Assembly (NCBI GenBank): GCA_023381615.1
Contig: JAMCQL010000035.1
Location: forward strand, 5,979 to 69,978
Reading direction: 5' to 3'
DNA: 64,000 nt
DNA from: Bacteroidota bacterium
GTDB taxonomy: Bacteria; Bacteroidota; Ignavibacteria; Kryptoniales; JAKASW01
Shown piece by piece: positions 19,113-29,974 of the stretch. A program made the position numbers and the translations under genes. Under the pieces are notes generated by a model. The model was given only the letters and a program-made list of their open reading frames with translations. It had not been told where the DNA came from and ran no database searches. The stretch's first letter is position 1. Each line of letters begins with the position of its first letter.

Positions 19113-19845
19113 GCAAATTAACACGGGCGGTCAGACGAACGTAATCAAACTGAACTCGTCACCTTATAAAGTCAAGATTACGGATTACAGAAGTATTCTT
19201 GAGGAGATTGAAGCGGATAAGAGGTACAAGGTTAATGTCAATGTAAATGACATGGAAGAAAGATTGCCTGAAGGCAAAGAGGCAGCGGAAGTTGAATCCG
19301 GACAGGAACAGGACAACAAACAAGAGATAAGGAATGCGTTGACTGCATCCTTTGAAGAAGGCTTCGAGATAGGAAAGACCGAATCCGCCAAAGCGCTCCA
19401 GAAGGAATACGAGAAGAAAGCCGAGGAAATCGTAAAAAGTTTTGCTTTGGTCGTTCAGGAATTTGCGAAGGAAACTGAAAGGTATGAACAGGAGTTCGAG
19501 AAAGCGGTTGTAACGCTGGCGCTTGCAATCGCAAGAAGGGTTGTCGCGCGTGAAATTGAAATAGACGAGACTGCAGTTCTCGCCCGCTCCCGCGAGGCGA
19601 TTAGGAAAATTATCGGAGTGGACAAAATAAAGATTCATGTCAATCCTGCCGATGAAGAGTATATAAGAGAACATCGAAACGATTTGAGCAATTATGCCGA
19701 CTCTGTGAAGGAAATTGTGATAGAAGCAGACAATAAAGTTGAGCGAGGAGGATGTATTATCGAAAGTGATCTTGGTAATATCGACGCGCGGGTCTCGACG
19801 CAGTTTGAACTTGTAGAAGAGGCTTTGCTGGACTTGGTCAAGTAA
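19075..19845 (+). CDS. fliH: Flagellar export/assembly protein FliH
   Basis: Coiled-coil N-terminal half; C-terminal RGGCIIESDLGNIDARVSTQFE is typical of FliH. The true start may be the ATG at 19099. Confidence 0.8.
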   Translation: MAEGEVRRMSLSKQINTGGQTNVIKLNSSPYKVKITDYRSILEEIEADKRYKVNVNVNDMEERLPEGKEAAEVESGQEQDNKQEIRNALTASFEEGFEIGKTESAKALQKEYEKKAEEIVKSFALVVQEFAKETERYEQEFEKAVVTLALAIARRVVAREIEIDETAVLARSREAIRKIIGVDKIKIHVNPADEEYIREHRNDLSNYADSVKEIVIEADNKVERGGCIIESDLGNIDARVSTQFELVEEALLDLVK

Positions 19846-21167
19846 TGAGCGCTGTCTTGGAGCACATCGAAAAATACATCGACCATCTGAACAAGCTTGA
19901 GCTGGTTAAGGTGAACGGCAGAGTGTCGGAAGTGATCGGACTCGTGATAGAATCCGTCGGTCCGACTTCTTCGCTTGGAGATGTTTGCAGTATCAAGTCG
20001 CGCGGCGGAGAAGAAATTTGTCTCTCCGAAGTGGTCGGATTCCGGAGAAATAGGGTTCTCTCGATGGTGCTCGGCAGCGCTTCGAGCATAAGTCCAGGAA
20101 GTGAAATTGTCGCGAGCGGGAAAACTTTTTCTGTCGGTGTGGGAATGAATTTGCTCGGAAGAGTTTTGGACGGTTTGGGAAGGCCGATGGACAGACTCGG
20201 TCCGGTTGAACACGAAGAAGTCCGTTCCATCTACAGCGCTCCTCCAAATCCGTTGGAACGGAAAAGGATATCTCAGCCGATTTCCAGTGGAATTCGCTCA
20301 ATTGATGCACTTTTGACGATTGGAAAGGGACAAAGAATTGGAATTTTTGCCGGCAGCGGAGTTGGTAAAAGCGTAACGCTTGGGATGATAGCGAGAAATT
20401 CTAGCGCTGACGTGAATGTCATTGCACTCGTCGGCGAGCGTGGAAGAGAAGTCAGAGATTTCATAGAGAAAGAACTTGGCGAAGAAGGATTGAAGAAAAG
20501 TGTGTTGGTCGTGGCGACAAGCGATCAGGCTTCTTTGATCCGCGTGAAAGCTTCGTTGATAGCGACGACGATCGCGGAATATTTCCGCGACAAAGGTTTG
20601 GATGTTCTCTTGATGATGGATTCCGTCACTCGCGTGGCGATGGCGCAAAGGGAAGTCGGACTCACTATCGGTGAACCGCCGACGACGAAAGGATATACGC
20701 CGAGCGTTTTCGCGCTTCTTCCGCGTTTGCTCGAACGAGCAGGGAATGCGAAACGGGGAAGCATAACCGGAATGTATACGGTGCTTGTCGAGGGCGATGA
20801 CATGAACGAGCCGATTGCAGATGCGGCGCGGTCGATCCTTGACGGACACATCGTCCTTTCGCGTAAGCTCGCTTCGGCAGGGCATTACCCGGCTGTCGAC
20901 GCTCTCGAAAGTGTTTCCCGCGTGATGCCGGATGTTACAACACCAGAGCATCGAAAAGCTGCAAGTTACGTAACGGATCTGCTTGCGACTCACCGCGAAG
21001 CAGAAGACTTGATAAACATCGGTGCCTACGTCAAAGGAAGCAGCCAGAAAATCGACAAAGCTGTCGCGATGATTGACCAGATAAGGATATTTCTTAAACA
21101 GGGAATAGAAGAAGTTTCAGTTTTAGATGACGCTATAAGAAAGTTAATGGAACTAACTAAAGTATAA
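19845..21167 (+). CDS. fliI: Flagellum-specific ATPase FliI
   Basis: Walker A GSGVGKS, Walker B VLLMMDSVTR. Confidence 0.95.
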   Translation: MSAVLEHIEKYIDHLNKLELVKVNGRVSEVIGLVIESVGPTSSLGDVCSIKSRGGEEICLSEVVGFRRNRVLSMVLGSASSISPGSEIVASGKTFSVGVGMNLLGRVLDGLGRPMDRLGPVEHEEVRSIYSAPPNPLERKRISQPISSGIRSIDALLTIGKGQRIGIFAGSGVGKSVTLGMIARNSSADVNVIALVGERGREVRDFIEKELGEEGLKKSVLVVATSDQASLIRVKASLIATTIAEYFRDKGLDVLLMMDSVTRVAMAQREVGLTIGEPPTTKGYTPSVFALLPRLLERAGNAKRGSITGMYTVLVEGDDMNEPIADAARSILDGHIVLSRKLASAGHYPAVDALESVSRVMPDVTTPEHRKAASYVTDLLATHREAEDLINIGAYVKGSSQKIDKAVAMIDQIRIFLKQGIEEVSVLDDAIRKLMELTKV

Positions 21168-21179
21168 CGACACAACACC

Positions 21180-21608
21180 ATGGCAAAATTTAACTTCAGG
21201 CTTCAGGCGGTTATAAAGGTCAAGGAAATACAGGAAAAGAAAATCCAGCGGGAGCTTGCCCAGATAAAAAAGCGAATTCTTCAGGAGCAAGCTCATCTTG
21301 AAGATCTCGAGGGCGAACGCGAAAGAATGGTTTCTTCATCGCCGCTGAACGGCAAAGTTAGAGCCGCGGATGCCGCCATGCATCAGGATTACATTCGCAA
21401 GATCTCCGACGAAATACATTTTGAGAACGCCAGACTCGAAAATTTGGCGGAGTTTGAAACGAAGAAAATTGACGAGGTGCTTGACGTCAAGAAAGACAAA
21501 GAAGCTATTGAGCATTTAAAAGAAAAAAGACTTGAGGAATATAGGCGCGAACTCGATCACAAGGAACAAATCCTACTTGATGCGGTCGCGCAAAGATTAG
21601 GTAGTTAG
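21180..21608 (+). CDS. fliJ: Flagellar export chaperone FliJ
   Basis: 142-aa coiled-coil protein directly after fliI. Confidence 0.7.
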   Translation: MAKFNFRLQAVIKVKEIQEKKIQRELAQIKKRILQEQAHLEDLEGERERMVSSSPLNGKVRAADAAMHQDYIRKISDEIHFENARLENLAEFETKKIDEVLDVKKDKEAIEHLKEKRLEEYRRELDHKEQILLDAVAQRLGS

Positions 21609-21610
21609 AA

Positions 21611-22195
21611 ATGAAAACGATGCTTGCATATGTTTTGGGTTTCTCGATGACGTTCACCGTCATCGCAGGCGGCATGTACGTGCTTTCTGAAAAATATCCA
21701 TGGATGTTCGGGAATTCTCAGGCGCAAGACAACAGCGGAAAACTAAAGTCAACCGTCTCTGTTCCTGCTGTCCTCGGCGGGACGAACGGAAGCGAGACGG
21801 CAGGAGATTCTTCTCAGAGCGGCAACGAGACAATCAACACCTTGAAGGCAATGCTGGCGGCAAAGAACGATTCCATTGCCACGAAGAATGATTCAATTCA
21901 GGCTTTGAATTCAACTCTTGCTCAACTTCAGAAGAAAAGTTCCGATGCTAATAACGTGATCTCACAATTACAGAATCAAGTGGACTCATGGAAAAGCCAG
22001 CGGAGGAAGGACCTCGCCGCGGCTTACAACGATATGGATCCTGGCGCCGCTGCAAACATAATGAAAAATCTTGACGACAGGGACATAGTCTTTATTTTAT
22101 CCACCGTTCAGAAAAAGCAAGCCGCAAAAATTCTCGGCGCCCTTGATCCGGTACGCGCGGCTAAACTCATGGCAAGCTTGGGACAGTCCAAATGA
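21611..22195 (+). CDS. Flagellar-operon protein with an MgtE-N/MotE-like C-terminal domain (YlxF-like position)
   Basis: N-terminal TM. C-terminal PGAAANIMKNLDDRDIVFILSTVQKKQAAKILGALDPVRAAKLM. Same position as B. subtilis ylxF. Confidence 0.5.
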   Translation: MKTMLAYVLGFSMTFTVIAGGMYVLSEKYPWMFGNSQAQDNSGKLKSTVSVPAVLGGTNGSETAGDSSQSGNETINTLKAMLAAKNDSIATKNDSIQALNSTLAQLQKKSSDANNVISQLQNQVDSWKSQRRKDLAAAYNDMDPGAAANIMKNLDDRDIVFILSTVQKKQAAKILGALDPVRAAKLMASLGQSK

Positions 22196-23880
22196 ACATC
22201 GCAGCGCAGGTCCTCGGGATGGTTTCTTCGCAAAATCCGACGGTAGGTGCGCCTTCATTGAATCAATCACAGATGCTTAATCCTAATCCACAGAATCCCG
22301 TAGACAATCTTTTGTCAGGTCCGCAGGATACTTCGGACAACCAGCCGTTTGCGGCGCTTCTGGATATGCTCGCTTCGGCGTTGGGGACACAAGCTCAAAA
22401 CACAGAACTCACAACCGAAAACCCGCCGACAGCTGTGTTGTCAAATTTCAATGTCAAGCAAGAAACGACTGCGGTTCAACAGCAGATCAACGGGCAAAAG
22501 TCTCAGAGCCCGGAGGAAAAATTAGCCGCTGCATCCGGATTGAATTATTTGAATTTAGTTTCGTTGATTTTTACCCCGGTTCAAACAAATAATATTTTAG
22601 ACACCCTTCCAACCACTGAACCGGGCAAATCTCCGTCGGGAGATAGCAAACCTTCGGGTCTGATCCCGAAAGTTGAGTCGGATGGATCCGGCCTCCAGGA
22701 AATTTTGGCTGTCCTCAGCGGCGGCAATCTTCCGGCGGCGGGAGACAATTCGGCGCCGTTTCAGATTTCTGCCAATTTGTACAATGCTCTTAAGGCTTAT
22801 AAAGAGCAGGGTGCAGGTCAATCAACTGCACCAATAGTGAGCAATCCCGTACTCACGGCTGATCTGGAAAAACTTGCGAATCTGCCGGTGAACGGTACGA
22901 CAGACAGTAATTTTGCAGATGCCTTGAAGAATCTTTTGCCTCAGACACAAAATGTAAAGTCTGAAGACGCCAATAGTATTCTGCAAAATCAGAACATCAA
23001 GACGCCGACAGTTCCCAACGCTGTCCCTGCGGGAAAAAGTCCAGCCGGACAGGTTTTGTCAAATTTGCAAAGTGCTATCCCGGTTGACGCAAAGATATTA
23101 ACGCAGCCGCTTACAGACAAAGCAGTTCAAGCGCAAATCGTATCTGTCGAGTCAACGAACAAAGATCCAAACGGTGCGGTCGTCGCAGCATCTGCTCCGA
23201 TTTCAACATCCGCGACAGTAAAATCCGCAGACGGTTCCACAAATCAATCCGTAGATCGTCTCAACGGCATCAATGCAAATCAGAATTCTCCCGGTATCAA
23301 GTCTTCCTCTGCTCCCGGAAAACAAAATTCCACAAAATCAGACAGCGATCTCTCTGATTTGTTGAAGCGATCTATTGCAGGAACAGCTTCAAACGTATCC
23401 GACGGAATAAAAACGGACTCCTCATTCAAGCAAGTCTTGTCGAATGTTTCTCAAAATCCGCCGGGAGCCGATGTGAAACCCAACGCTCTCCAGATTGCCC
23501 AGAGCATAGTACGTGAAGTCAACATGATGGCGCAGGATGGAAAGACTGTTATGCGATTGAAACTTGAGCCGGAGTTGCTTGGAACTGTCGTGCTCAAGGC
23601 TGTCAGCGAAGATGGAAAGGTCAGCGCGGAATTCAATGTCCGGACTCCGGATGCGAGGGCGTATTTGGAAGCATCGATCCCGCAGATGAAGCAGATGCTT
23701 CAGAGCAACGGTGTTTCTTTGACGCACCTTACCGTTAATCTTTCAGGCGGCGAGTCACAAACAAAGCATTCTCAATATCAGCTGAGAAAGCAATCGCAAA
23801 AATTTTACGGCAGTCTGCCATCCGATTCCAACGAGGCCGCAAGGAGCTTCGGCTACAACACAATGGAAGTTAAAGTTTAG
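22192..23880 (+). CDS. fliK: Flagellar hook-length control protein FliK
   Basis: Long P/S/Q/N-rich region followed by a C-terminal Flg_hook-type domain (MRLKLEPELLGTVVLKAV...LTHLTV). Confidence 0.8.
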   Translation: MNIAAQVLGMVSSQNPTVGAPSLNQSQMLNPNPQNPVDNLLSGPQDTSDNQPFAALLDMLASALGTQAQNTELTTENPPTAVLSNFNVKQETTAVQQQINGQKSQSPEEKLAAASGLNYLNLVSLIFTPVQTNNILDTLPTTEPGKSPSGDSKPSGLIPKVESDGSGLQEILAVLSGGNLPAAGDNSAPFQISANLYNALKAYKEQGAGQSTAPIVSNPVLTADLEKLANLPVNGTTDSNFADALKNLLPQTQNVKSEDANSILQNQNIKTPTVPNAVPAGKSPAGQVLSNLQSAIPVDAKILTQPLTDKAVQAQIVSVESTNKDPNGAVVAASAPISTSATVKSADGSTNQSVDRLNGINANQNSPGIKSSSAPGKQNSTKSDSDLSDLLKRSIAGTASNVSDGIKTDSSFKQVLSNVSQNPPGADVKPNALQIAQSIVREVNMMAQDGKTVMRLKLEPELLGTVVLKAVSEDGKVSAEFNVRTPDARAYLEASIPQMKQMLQSNGVSLTHLTVNLSGGESQTKHSQYQLRKQSQKFYGSLPSDSNEAARSFGYNTMEVKV

Positions 23881-23888
23881 GAGAAAAT

Positions 23889-24569
23889 ATGCAGCTTAAT
23901 CAAGTTTCAACTGCGGGACCAACGTTAGGAACTCAGGCATCGAGCCAGTCGTCAACTCCAGTTCTCGGTCAGGACGATTTTTTGAAGCTCCTTGTCTCTC
24001 AGCTTCAAAATCAGGACCCGATGAATCCGCTGGACAGCACTCAGCTTGCGTCGCAATTAGCTCAGTTCAGTTCAGTCCAAGAACTCGCAAACTTGAACAC
24101 GGCTGTTCAAAATCAAACCAACGCAAATCTTGTTTTGACGCAGTCGATAAGCAACACCATGGCTGCCACTCTCATCGGGAAGAAAGTGAAAGCTAACACA
24201 TCCAACATCGGTTACGACGGCAGCACAGCGCAGACTCTCGGTTTCAATCTTCCGAACAGCGCAGCTGATGTTCAGATAAAAATTTCTGATTCGAATGGGA
24301 CTGTGATTCGCACAATTGACGCCGGTCCAAAGCCTAACGGCGACAGCACGATTCAGTGGGATGGCAAGGACGATGCGGGTAACGCAGTCTCCGCGGGCAA
24401 TTACACATTCTCGGTAACCGCGACTGACTCGCAAGGAAAGGCCATTGCCTCAACGCTTTTCGTGCTCGGCATTGTTCAAGGAGTCAGATATAATTCCACC
24501 GGCGCAACTCTATTGGTAAACGGCGCTGAAATTAACTTCTCAGACGTTCAAGAAATTTTAGGAAACTAA
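23889..24569 (+). CDS. flgD: Flagellar hook capping/assembly protein FlgD
   Basis: DDFLKLLVSQLQNQDPMNPLD motif. Confidence 0.9.
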   Translation: MQLNQVSTAGPTLGTQASSQSSTPVLGQDDFLKLLVSQLQNQDPMNPLDSTQLASQLAQFSSVQELANLNTAVQNQTNANLVLTQSISNTMAATLIGKKVKANTSNIGYDGSTAQTLGFNLPNSAADVQIKISDSNGTVIRTIDAGPKPNGDSTIQWDGKDDAGNAVSAGNYTFSVTATDSQGKAIASTLFVLGIVQGVRYNSTGATLLVNGAEINFSDVQEILGN

Positions 24570-24571
24570 AA

Positions 24572-24964
24572 ATGCAGGAAGTTAACGGCGTAAAAGTACC
24601 ATTTGTTCCGATTGGTGGAGTCAATGGACTTAAGACTACGCCGCAGGTCAACACGCCCGACGGAAAATCTTTCGATGAGGTTCTCAGAAGAGAGCTCGAT
24701 CGTCTGAAATTTTCCCATCATGCACAGACGCGTCTCGAATCCCGCAACATCCATCTTTCGGACGATGACGTCAAACAGCTTGCGGACGCGGTCGATCGCG
24801 CGAGTCAGAAAGGTTCGCAAGATTCGCTGGTAATTATGAAGAATGTTGCATACATCGTCAACGTGAAAAATCGCACTGTCGTTACTGCAGTTGACGGTGA
24901 AAATTTAAATGAGAATGTTTTCACAAACATTGACAGTGCGGTTTTAATTAACAAGAAACCATGA
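24572..24964 (+). CDS. Small flagellar operon protein (TIGR02530-like family)
   Basis: KFSHHAQTRLESRNI ... SLVIMKNVAYIVNVKNRTVVTAV ... VFTNIDSAVLI. Sits between flgD and flgE. Family name is recalled from memory. Confidence 0.55.
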   Translation: MQEVNGVKVPFVPIGGVNGLKTTPQVNTPDGKSFDEVLRRELDRLKFSHHAQTRLESRNIHLSDDDVKQLADAVDRASQKGSQDSLVIMKNVAYIVNVKNRTVVTAVDGENLNENVFTNIDSAVLINKKP

Positions 24965-25073
24965 ATTAATTCATGGACTTTAAGGGCTGGCCCTCGTTCA
25001 CTGGCGGGGAAGCCCCTCTAAAAGCGCTGAATGACTGAGGCGCTTAAACAAAAAACAAATAGGAGGGTTAACG

Positions 25074-27182
25074 ATGCCTTTCAGTGGTTCGCTCGTATCG
25101 GGTGTTTCCGGTCTGGTCAACCATCAGATCATGATGGATACGATTGGAAACAACATTGCCAACATTAATACAATCGGCTTCAAAGCAGGCCGTGTTACTT
25201 TCAGCGAAGCGTTCGATCAGGTCCTTCGCGACGCTTCCGGACCAACCGCGCTCAGCGGCGGAACTAATCCCATTCAAGTCGGACTTGGAATGACGGTTCA
25301 GTCCATTGATACGCTCATGAACCAGGGAAATCTTGAGACTACCGGTCAAACTACCGACCTTGCTTTACAAGGAGACGGATTCTTTGTCGTAAACTTAGAT
25401 GGAAATCAATATTACACACGCGCTGGCGCGTTTCAGTTCGACGCCCAGGGACGTCTTGTTGATCCCGGCACCGGCGCGATCGTGCAAGGAAAGATGGCAG
25501 ATCCGCAAGGCAATTTGCCGATCGGTTCTTCTGTTCAGAATATCGTAATTCCATTCGGACAAAAATCGCCTGCAAAAGCTTCGTCATACATCCAGCTGAC
25601 AGGCAATCTTGATGCATCTCAGACGCCGCTTGGAACAATACTGAAATCCAATTCCGTCTACGCTACTGACGACGGCAACGCAGACGTGGAAGGGCTCTTA
25701 GCTGCCGACTCGGGTGGAGGAAACAATCACGTCATCACGGGCATGATTCCAGATTCAACAACATTAACCGTGTCGTATGCCGGCACCACAAAGACTTATA
25801 CATACGTTGCAAATGATGCAGGAGTCGGCAAAGGGGATTTTCACACACTGAACGATCTGATTGCTGAAGTGAATTATGATTTCAAAACGTTGAATGGCGG
25901 CACTGTGCTTGCGTCAAATGCGGCCGGTGGGGCATTAACATTCACAAATGGCACGGCAGGATCTGAAACACTTCAGATAACCAGCACGAACCCGGTTTTA
26001 CAGACTGCAATGGGAGCTTCAAATATAGTGACGCTTGCCGCTGCTGGGTCAACTACAACTCAGCAGTTCTCACACGTGGCCACTGCTGCGGATCTCTTGA
26101 CAAACCTCCGAAATGCTCAAGGGGTGAACCTCAACGTAGCGAGCGGAGATAGTATCGACATAAATGGAAAGGTCAACGGCGCTTCTGTGCCGATGCTGCC
26201 TCTTGCAGTCACTGCCACTTCGACTTACGGCGATTTGGCAAAGACTGTAAACAATGCATTTGGAATTTCAAACTCCACGGGAACGACAATAGATACTCAA
26301 ACTGGATCTCTGACTATCAGCGGAGATGGTGGACTATCCCACGCAATTACAAACGTAGACATTACTGACGCGACTTCAGGTACCGCTCCGTTCAACAGCG
26401 TATTCAGCGCCAGCCCGGGAAATTGGAGCCAGATACAAGCAGCAAGTGATGTTCAGCAAAGCATCTCCACCACTGTTTATGATTCCCTTGGAAATCAATA
26501 CAACGTCAATCTGACGTTCACCCGCGACGTGACGCGCCCAAACACTTGGACTTGGAAAGCTTCCGTCAACGACCCGGCTCAAATCACCGGCGGCGGATCG
26601 GGAACGGCGGTATTTAACAACGATGGTTCATTGAGCACCTTTACCTTTGCCGATGGTTCGACCACTCTTCAAATCAATCCGCGCAAAGTCGGCAACGCGG
26701 CAAACTTGAGCGCCAATCTCATCAGCCTTAATCTTAACGTCGGTGCGCCTAGCGACTTCTCCGGTCTTACGCAAATGTCTGGTGTCTCGACAACCGTTTC
26801 CGGCCAGCAGGACGGTTACGGACTCGGCACGCTTACGCGTTTGGCGATCGACCAGAACGGAAAAATAAATGGCGTGTTCTCGAACGGCACGACGCGCACG
26901 CTCGGTGAAGTGATGGTTGCGACTTTCGACAATCCCGGCGGCCTTGTAAAAACAGGAGGTAACTTGTTCAGCACCTCGGCGAGCACAGGGAATCCAATCA
27001 TCGGTGAAGCAGGCACCGCCATACCGACGAAAGTTGTCAGCGGCGCACTTGAGCAGTCTAACGTTGATCTGGCGAGCGAGTTTGCAAACATGATAGTCGC
27101 CGAACGCGGCTTCCAGGCAAATGCGCGGACCATCACGGTAAGCGACAACCTTCTCAACGAATTGGTCAATCTAGTCCATTAA
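25074..27182 (+). CDS. flgE: Flagellar hook protein FlgE (long form with large central insertion)
   Basis: NNIANINTIGFK N-terminus and C-terminal SNVDLASEFANMIVAERGFQANAR. Confidence 0.9.
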   Translation: MPFSGSLVSGVSGLVNHQIMMDTIGNNIANINTIGFKAGRVTFSEAFDQVLRDASGPTALSGGTNPIQVGLGMTVQSIDTLMNQGNLETTGQTTDLALQGDGFFVVNLDGNQYYTRAGAFQFDAQGRLVDPGTGAIVQGKMADPQGNLPIGSSVQNIVIPFGQKSPAKASSYIQLTGNLDASQTPLGTILKSNSVYATDDGNADVEGLLAADSGGGNNHVITGMIPDSTTLTVSYAGTTKTYTYVANDAGVGKGDFHTLNDLIAEVNYDFKTLNGGTVLASNAAGGALTFTNGTAGSETLQITSTNPVLQTAMGASNIVTLAAAGSTTTQQFSHVATAADLLTNLRNAQGVNLNVASGDSIDINGKVNGASVPMLPLAVTATSTYGDLAKTVNNAFGISNSTGTTIDTQTGSLTISGDGGLSHAITNVDITDATSGTAPFNSVFSASPGNWSQIQAASDVQQSISTTVYDSLGNQYNVNLTFTRDVTRPNTWTWKASVNDPAQITGGGSGTAVFNNDGSLSTFTFADGSTTLQINPRKVGNAANLSANLISLNLNVGAPSDFSGLTQMSGVSTTVSGQQDGYGLGTLTRLAIDQNGKINGVFSNGTTRTLGEVMVATFDNPGGLVKTGGNLFSTSASTGNPIIGEAGTAIPTKVVSGALEQSNVDLASEFANMIVAERGFQANARTITVSDNLLNELVNLVH

Positions 27183-27245
27183 TAATTTAAATTGGCAGTA
27201 AGGGGCGCGGCAGGAACTGCGCCCCTGAAGTTTAAGGAGGTTTGT

Positions 27246-27455
27246 ATGATTCGACTCACGCAGATAAATGGAGAAGAAATCGTGGTGAACGCCGAGCTCA
27301 TCGAGACGATTGAAAAAGCCCACGACACGATTATCGTTCTTACCACAACACGAAGAGTGCGAGTCCGCGAAGGAATCGAGGAGATAATCGATAAGGTTGT
27401 CGAGTACCGCAGGCGGATTAACAGGCCGGATTTCGAAAACAAATCTGAAAGCTGA
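27246..27455 (+). CDS. flbD: Flagellar protein FlbD (SwrD-like)
   Basis: MIRLTQINGEEIVVNAELIETIE; ATG at 27246 is preceded by AAGGAGG. Confidence 0.8.
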   Translation: MIRLTQINGEEIVVNAELIETIEKAHDTIIVLTTTRRVRVREGIEEIIDKVVEYRRRINRPDFENKSES

Positions 27456-27715
27456 CTAACCGGTTCAGCTGAATTGTATTGAGAGTTCCGCGGTCGGGAT
27501 CGCGGCGGCGCTTTCATGGGTTTTGCGGTAAAAAATTCTACTGAATTCCACGTGGTCTGCCACTTCTGATAATATTAACCACTTGCCTAATATTGAGCAG
27601 ACAGGACGGTTGAACCTTCCCAAAACCCTGCAATCCACCCAAATTTCGAATACAATGACGGCATAACGCTTGAGTTTAGTATTGTCGTGAGAATTAATAA
27701 ATATGAAAAAGAGGC

Positions 27716-28246
27716 TTGAGTAAGATGGCAGAAGCAATCCAACAAACAGCGGTTGAAAAGCCAGCAGGCAAGTCTAAGAAACTAGTAATAATAGCTGCGG
27801 TGGTTTTGGTTCAGCTCGTGGCTGCATATTTCTTAATTGGTTTCTTTCTTAAGCACAACGGTTCAGATTCGCAGGCAGAAGCTTCAAATCTACCGGGCAA
27901 GCAAGCCGCTGAATACCAGAGGGTCCCGAGCACGGATCCGAATTTCGACCACGTGTACGTGGTAAAAGATTTAGTTGTAAACCCTGCCGGCACAAATGGT
28001 CTGCGGTTTTTATTAACCACTATCGGACTGGAAGTAACTTCTGAAGAGACAGTAAAAGAATTAGAGAAGCGCGATGTACAAATTCACGATTCGATCATTG
28101 GTATCCTTACGAGCAAAACTTTGCCCGAGCTCGACGATATGAACGCAAGAGACAGTTTGAAAGTTGAGATCAAGCGTAAAATCAACAGCGATCTTGTTTC
28201 GGGGAAAGTTCTCAATGTTTATTTTAGCAAGTTCATAATTCAGTGA
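27716..28246 (+). CDS. fliL: Flagellar basal body-associated protein FliL
   Basis: N-terminal TM, then VKDLVVNPAG ... the FliL core. The likely start is the ATG at 27725. Confidence 0.8.
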   Translation: MSKMAEAIQQTAVEKPAGKSKKLVIIAAVVLVQLVAAYFLIGFFLKHNGSDSQAEASNLPGKQAAEYQRVPSTDPNFDHVYVVKDLVVNPAGTNGLRFLLTTIGLEVTSEETVKELEKRDVQIHDSIIGILTSKTLPELDDMNARDSLKVEIKRKINSDLVSGKVLNVYFSKFIIQ

Positions 28247-28253
28247 GCTAAAA

Positions 28254-29261
28254 ATGCCCGAAGTACTTTCACAGTCGGAAATAGATAATCTACTCGCAGG
28301 GATTGGAAAAGAGCCTGCGGGTGGGACACGGGCTGCGCAAGCTGGAGTTCAGGAAGAGCGCGACATTCAGGGCTTTGATTTTCGCAGGCCCAATCGCGTC
28401 TCGAAGAATCAGCTCAGAATTTTTCAGGCGGTCCACGAAACCTTCGCGGAATTGTTCGGCTTTTATTTGGCCTCAAAACTTCAGGCGCAAGTTTCGATCA
28501 GCGTCAGTTCCGTTGACCAGCTCTTCTATTCCGAATACCAGCTTTCAATCGGAAGTCCGACTTGCCTTCACGTTTTCAATATGGAGAATTCGGAAGGCAA
28601 AGGAGTTCTCGAGCTTTCACCGACGCTTGTGTTTGCTATTGTCGAGCGATTGTTGGGCGGCGGCGGAGCGGAGCCTGCAAGAAAACTCCGCGCAGTCACT
28701 GAAATTGAAAAAAGCCTGACCAAAGGAACTATTGACAAAGCTCTTCAAGACTTGCAGAATGCCTGGAAATCGATCAGCAATTTGAAATTTAAGCTCGAGC
28801 GTTTCGAAAGCGAGGCAGACTTCCTCCAGATTGCTCCTGCAAGTGAAATAGTCCTCGTAGTCTCGTTTGATGTGCAAATTTCGAACGCGAGTTACCTGAT
28901 GAATTTATGCTTCCCAACTTTTTCGCTGGAGGATATTATCCAGCGCTTGAATGTGCAGCACGTCGCACCAATGGCAGGCGGGTCGGGCACCCAAAGGTCA
29001 AAATCCGAAGCGGTCGTGAAGAATATTTCTACTACCGAACTTCCAGTGAGTGTTACGCTCGGCGCAACGGCGATTTCACTCCGCGATCTCATTGAACTTC
29101 AAAAAGGCGACGTGATAATACTTGACAGCAAGAAAGACAGTCTGCTGCCGGTTAAGGTGGCGTCGCATACAAAATTTTTCGCGAAAGTCGGCGTCCGCGA
29201 CGGACATAAAGCAGTGAAAATAATTAGAAATGCTTCCGAAGAGGAACAAAACGGAGATTAA
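28254..29261 (+). CDS. fliM: Flagellar motor switch protein FliM
   Basis: N-terminal [10 protein letters not shown] CheY-P binding peptide; 335 aa. Confidence 0.9.
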   Translation: MPEVLSQSEIDNLLAGIGKEPAGGTRAAQAGVQEERDIQGFDFRRPNRVSKNQLRIFQAVHETFAELFGFYLASKLQAQVSISVSSVDQLFYSEYQLSIGSPTCLHVFNMENSEGKGVLELSPTLVFAIVERLLGGGGAEPARKLRAVTEIEKSLTKGTIDKALQDLQNAWKSISNLKFKLERFESEADFLQIAPASEIVLVVSFDVQISNASYLMNLCFPTFSLEDIIQRLNVQHVAPMAGGSGTQRSKSEAVVKNISTTELPVSVTLGATAISLRDLIELQKGDVIILDSKKDSLLPVKVASHTKFFAKVGVRDGHKAVKIIRNASEEEQNGD

Positions 29262-29263
29262 AA

Positions 29264-29638
29264 ATGGCAGAAGATACCACGCAGAATGCAGAAGTCGAAA
29301 AAGCGGTTCAAAAAGAAGTGCAGGAACCGGCTTTTGAAGATTTGACTGAGACCGACTCCAAGCCGATTGGAAAAGATAATAAACTCGACATTCTCCTCGA
29401 TCTCAATTTGTCGGTGAGCGTCGAACTCGGCAAGACGACGATGATGATAAAAGACATCCTGGAGCTTGGCAGAGGTTCGATAATTGAATTTGATAAGCTT
29501 GTCAGCGAGCCGGTGGACATTCTTGTCAACGGACGGAAGATGGCTGAAGGAGAAGTCGTTGTTGTGGATAAGCATTTCGGAATCCGGATCACGAGCATGG
29601 TCGATCCTTCCGAGCGCTTGAAAGGATTGAAGAAGTAA
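29264..29638 (+). CDS. fliN: Flagellar motor switch protein FliN
   Basis: SpoA domain: [38 protein letters not shown]. Confidence 0.9.
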   Translation: MAEDTTQNAEVEKAVQKEVQEPAFEDLTETDSKPIGKDNKLDILLDLNLSVSVELGKTTMMIKDILELGRGSIIEFDKLVSEPVDILVNGRKMAEGEVVVVDKHFGIRITSMVDPSERLKGLKK

Positions 29639-29974
29639 ATGGATTGGCTTATTGTCAAGACTTTCCTGACGATGATTCTCATCGTTGGACTCATGTTCGC
29701 TCTGCTTATCGTCGCACGCAAGTATTTTTATGGGAAGCCGCATTTCGTGAACGAGAACATGAAGGTCCTGGCGGCAATGAATCTTCAACCCAAGAAGGCA
29801 ATCTACCTCGTGAAAGTTTTTAACAAAGCTTTGCTGGTTGGCGTCAGCGATAATGCAATCGCTTCGTTGGGTGAGATAACGGATTCTGAGGTGCTTCAGA
29901 AGCTTGATGCAGCCGGCGAAAAACGACGTGGAAAGGGCTTCGCGGAGATTTTGAAAGGCTTTTCGCAGAGATGA
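29639..29974 (+). CDS. fliO: Flagellar biosynthesis protein FliO/FliZ
   Basis: Single TM followed by LQPKKAIYLVKVFNKALLVGVSDN; sits directly upstream of fliP. Confidence 0.65.
   Translation: MDWLIVKTFLTMILIVGLMFALLIVARKYFYGKPHFVNENMKVLAAMNLQPKKAIYLVKVFNKALLVGVSDNAIASLGEITDSEVLQKLDAAGEKRRGKGFAEILKGFSQR

Noticed and set aside
27465-27737. 90-aa minus-strand ORF in the flbD-fliL gap
   Set aside because: It lies opposite to a 37-kb co-directional operon, lacks an SD and overlaps the fliL start.
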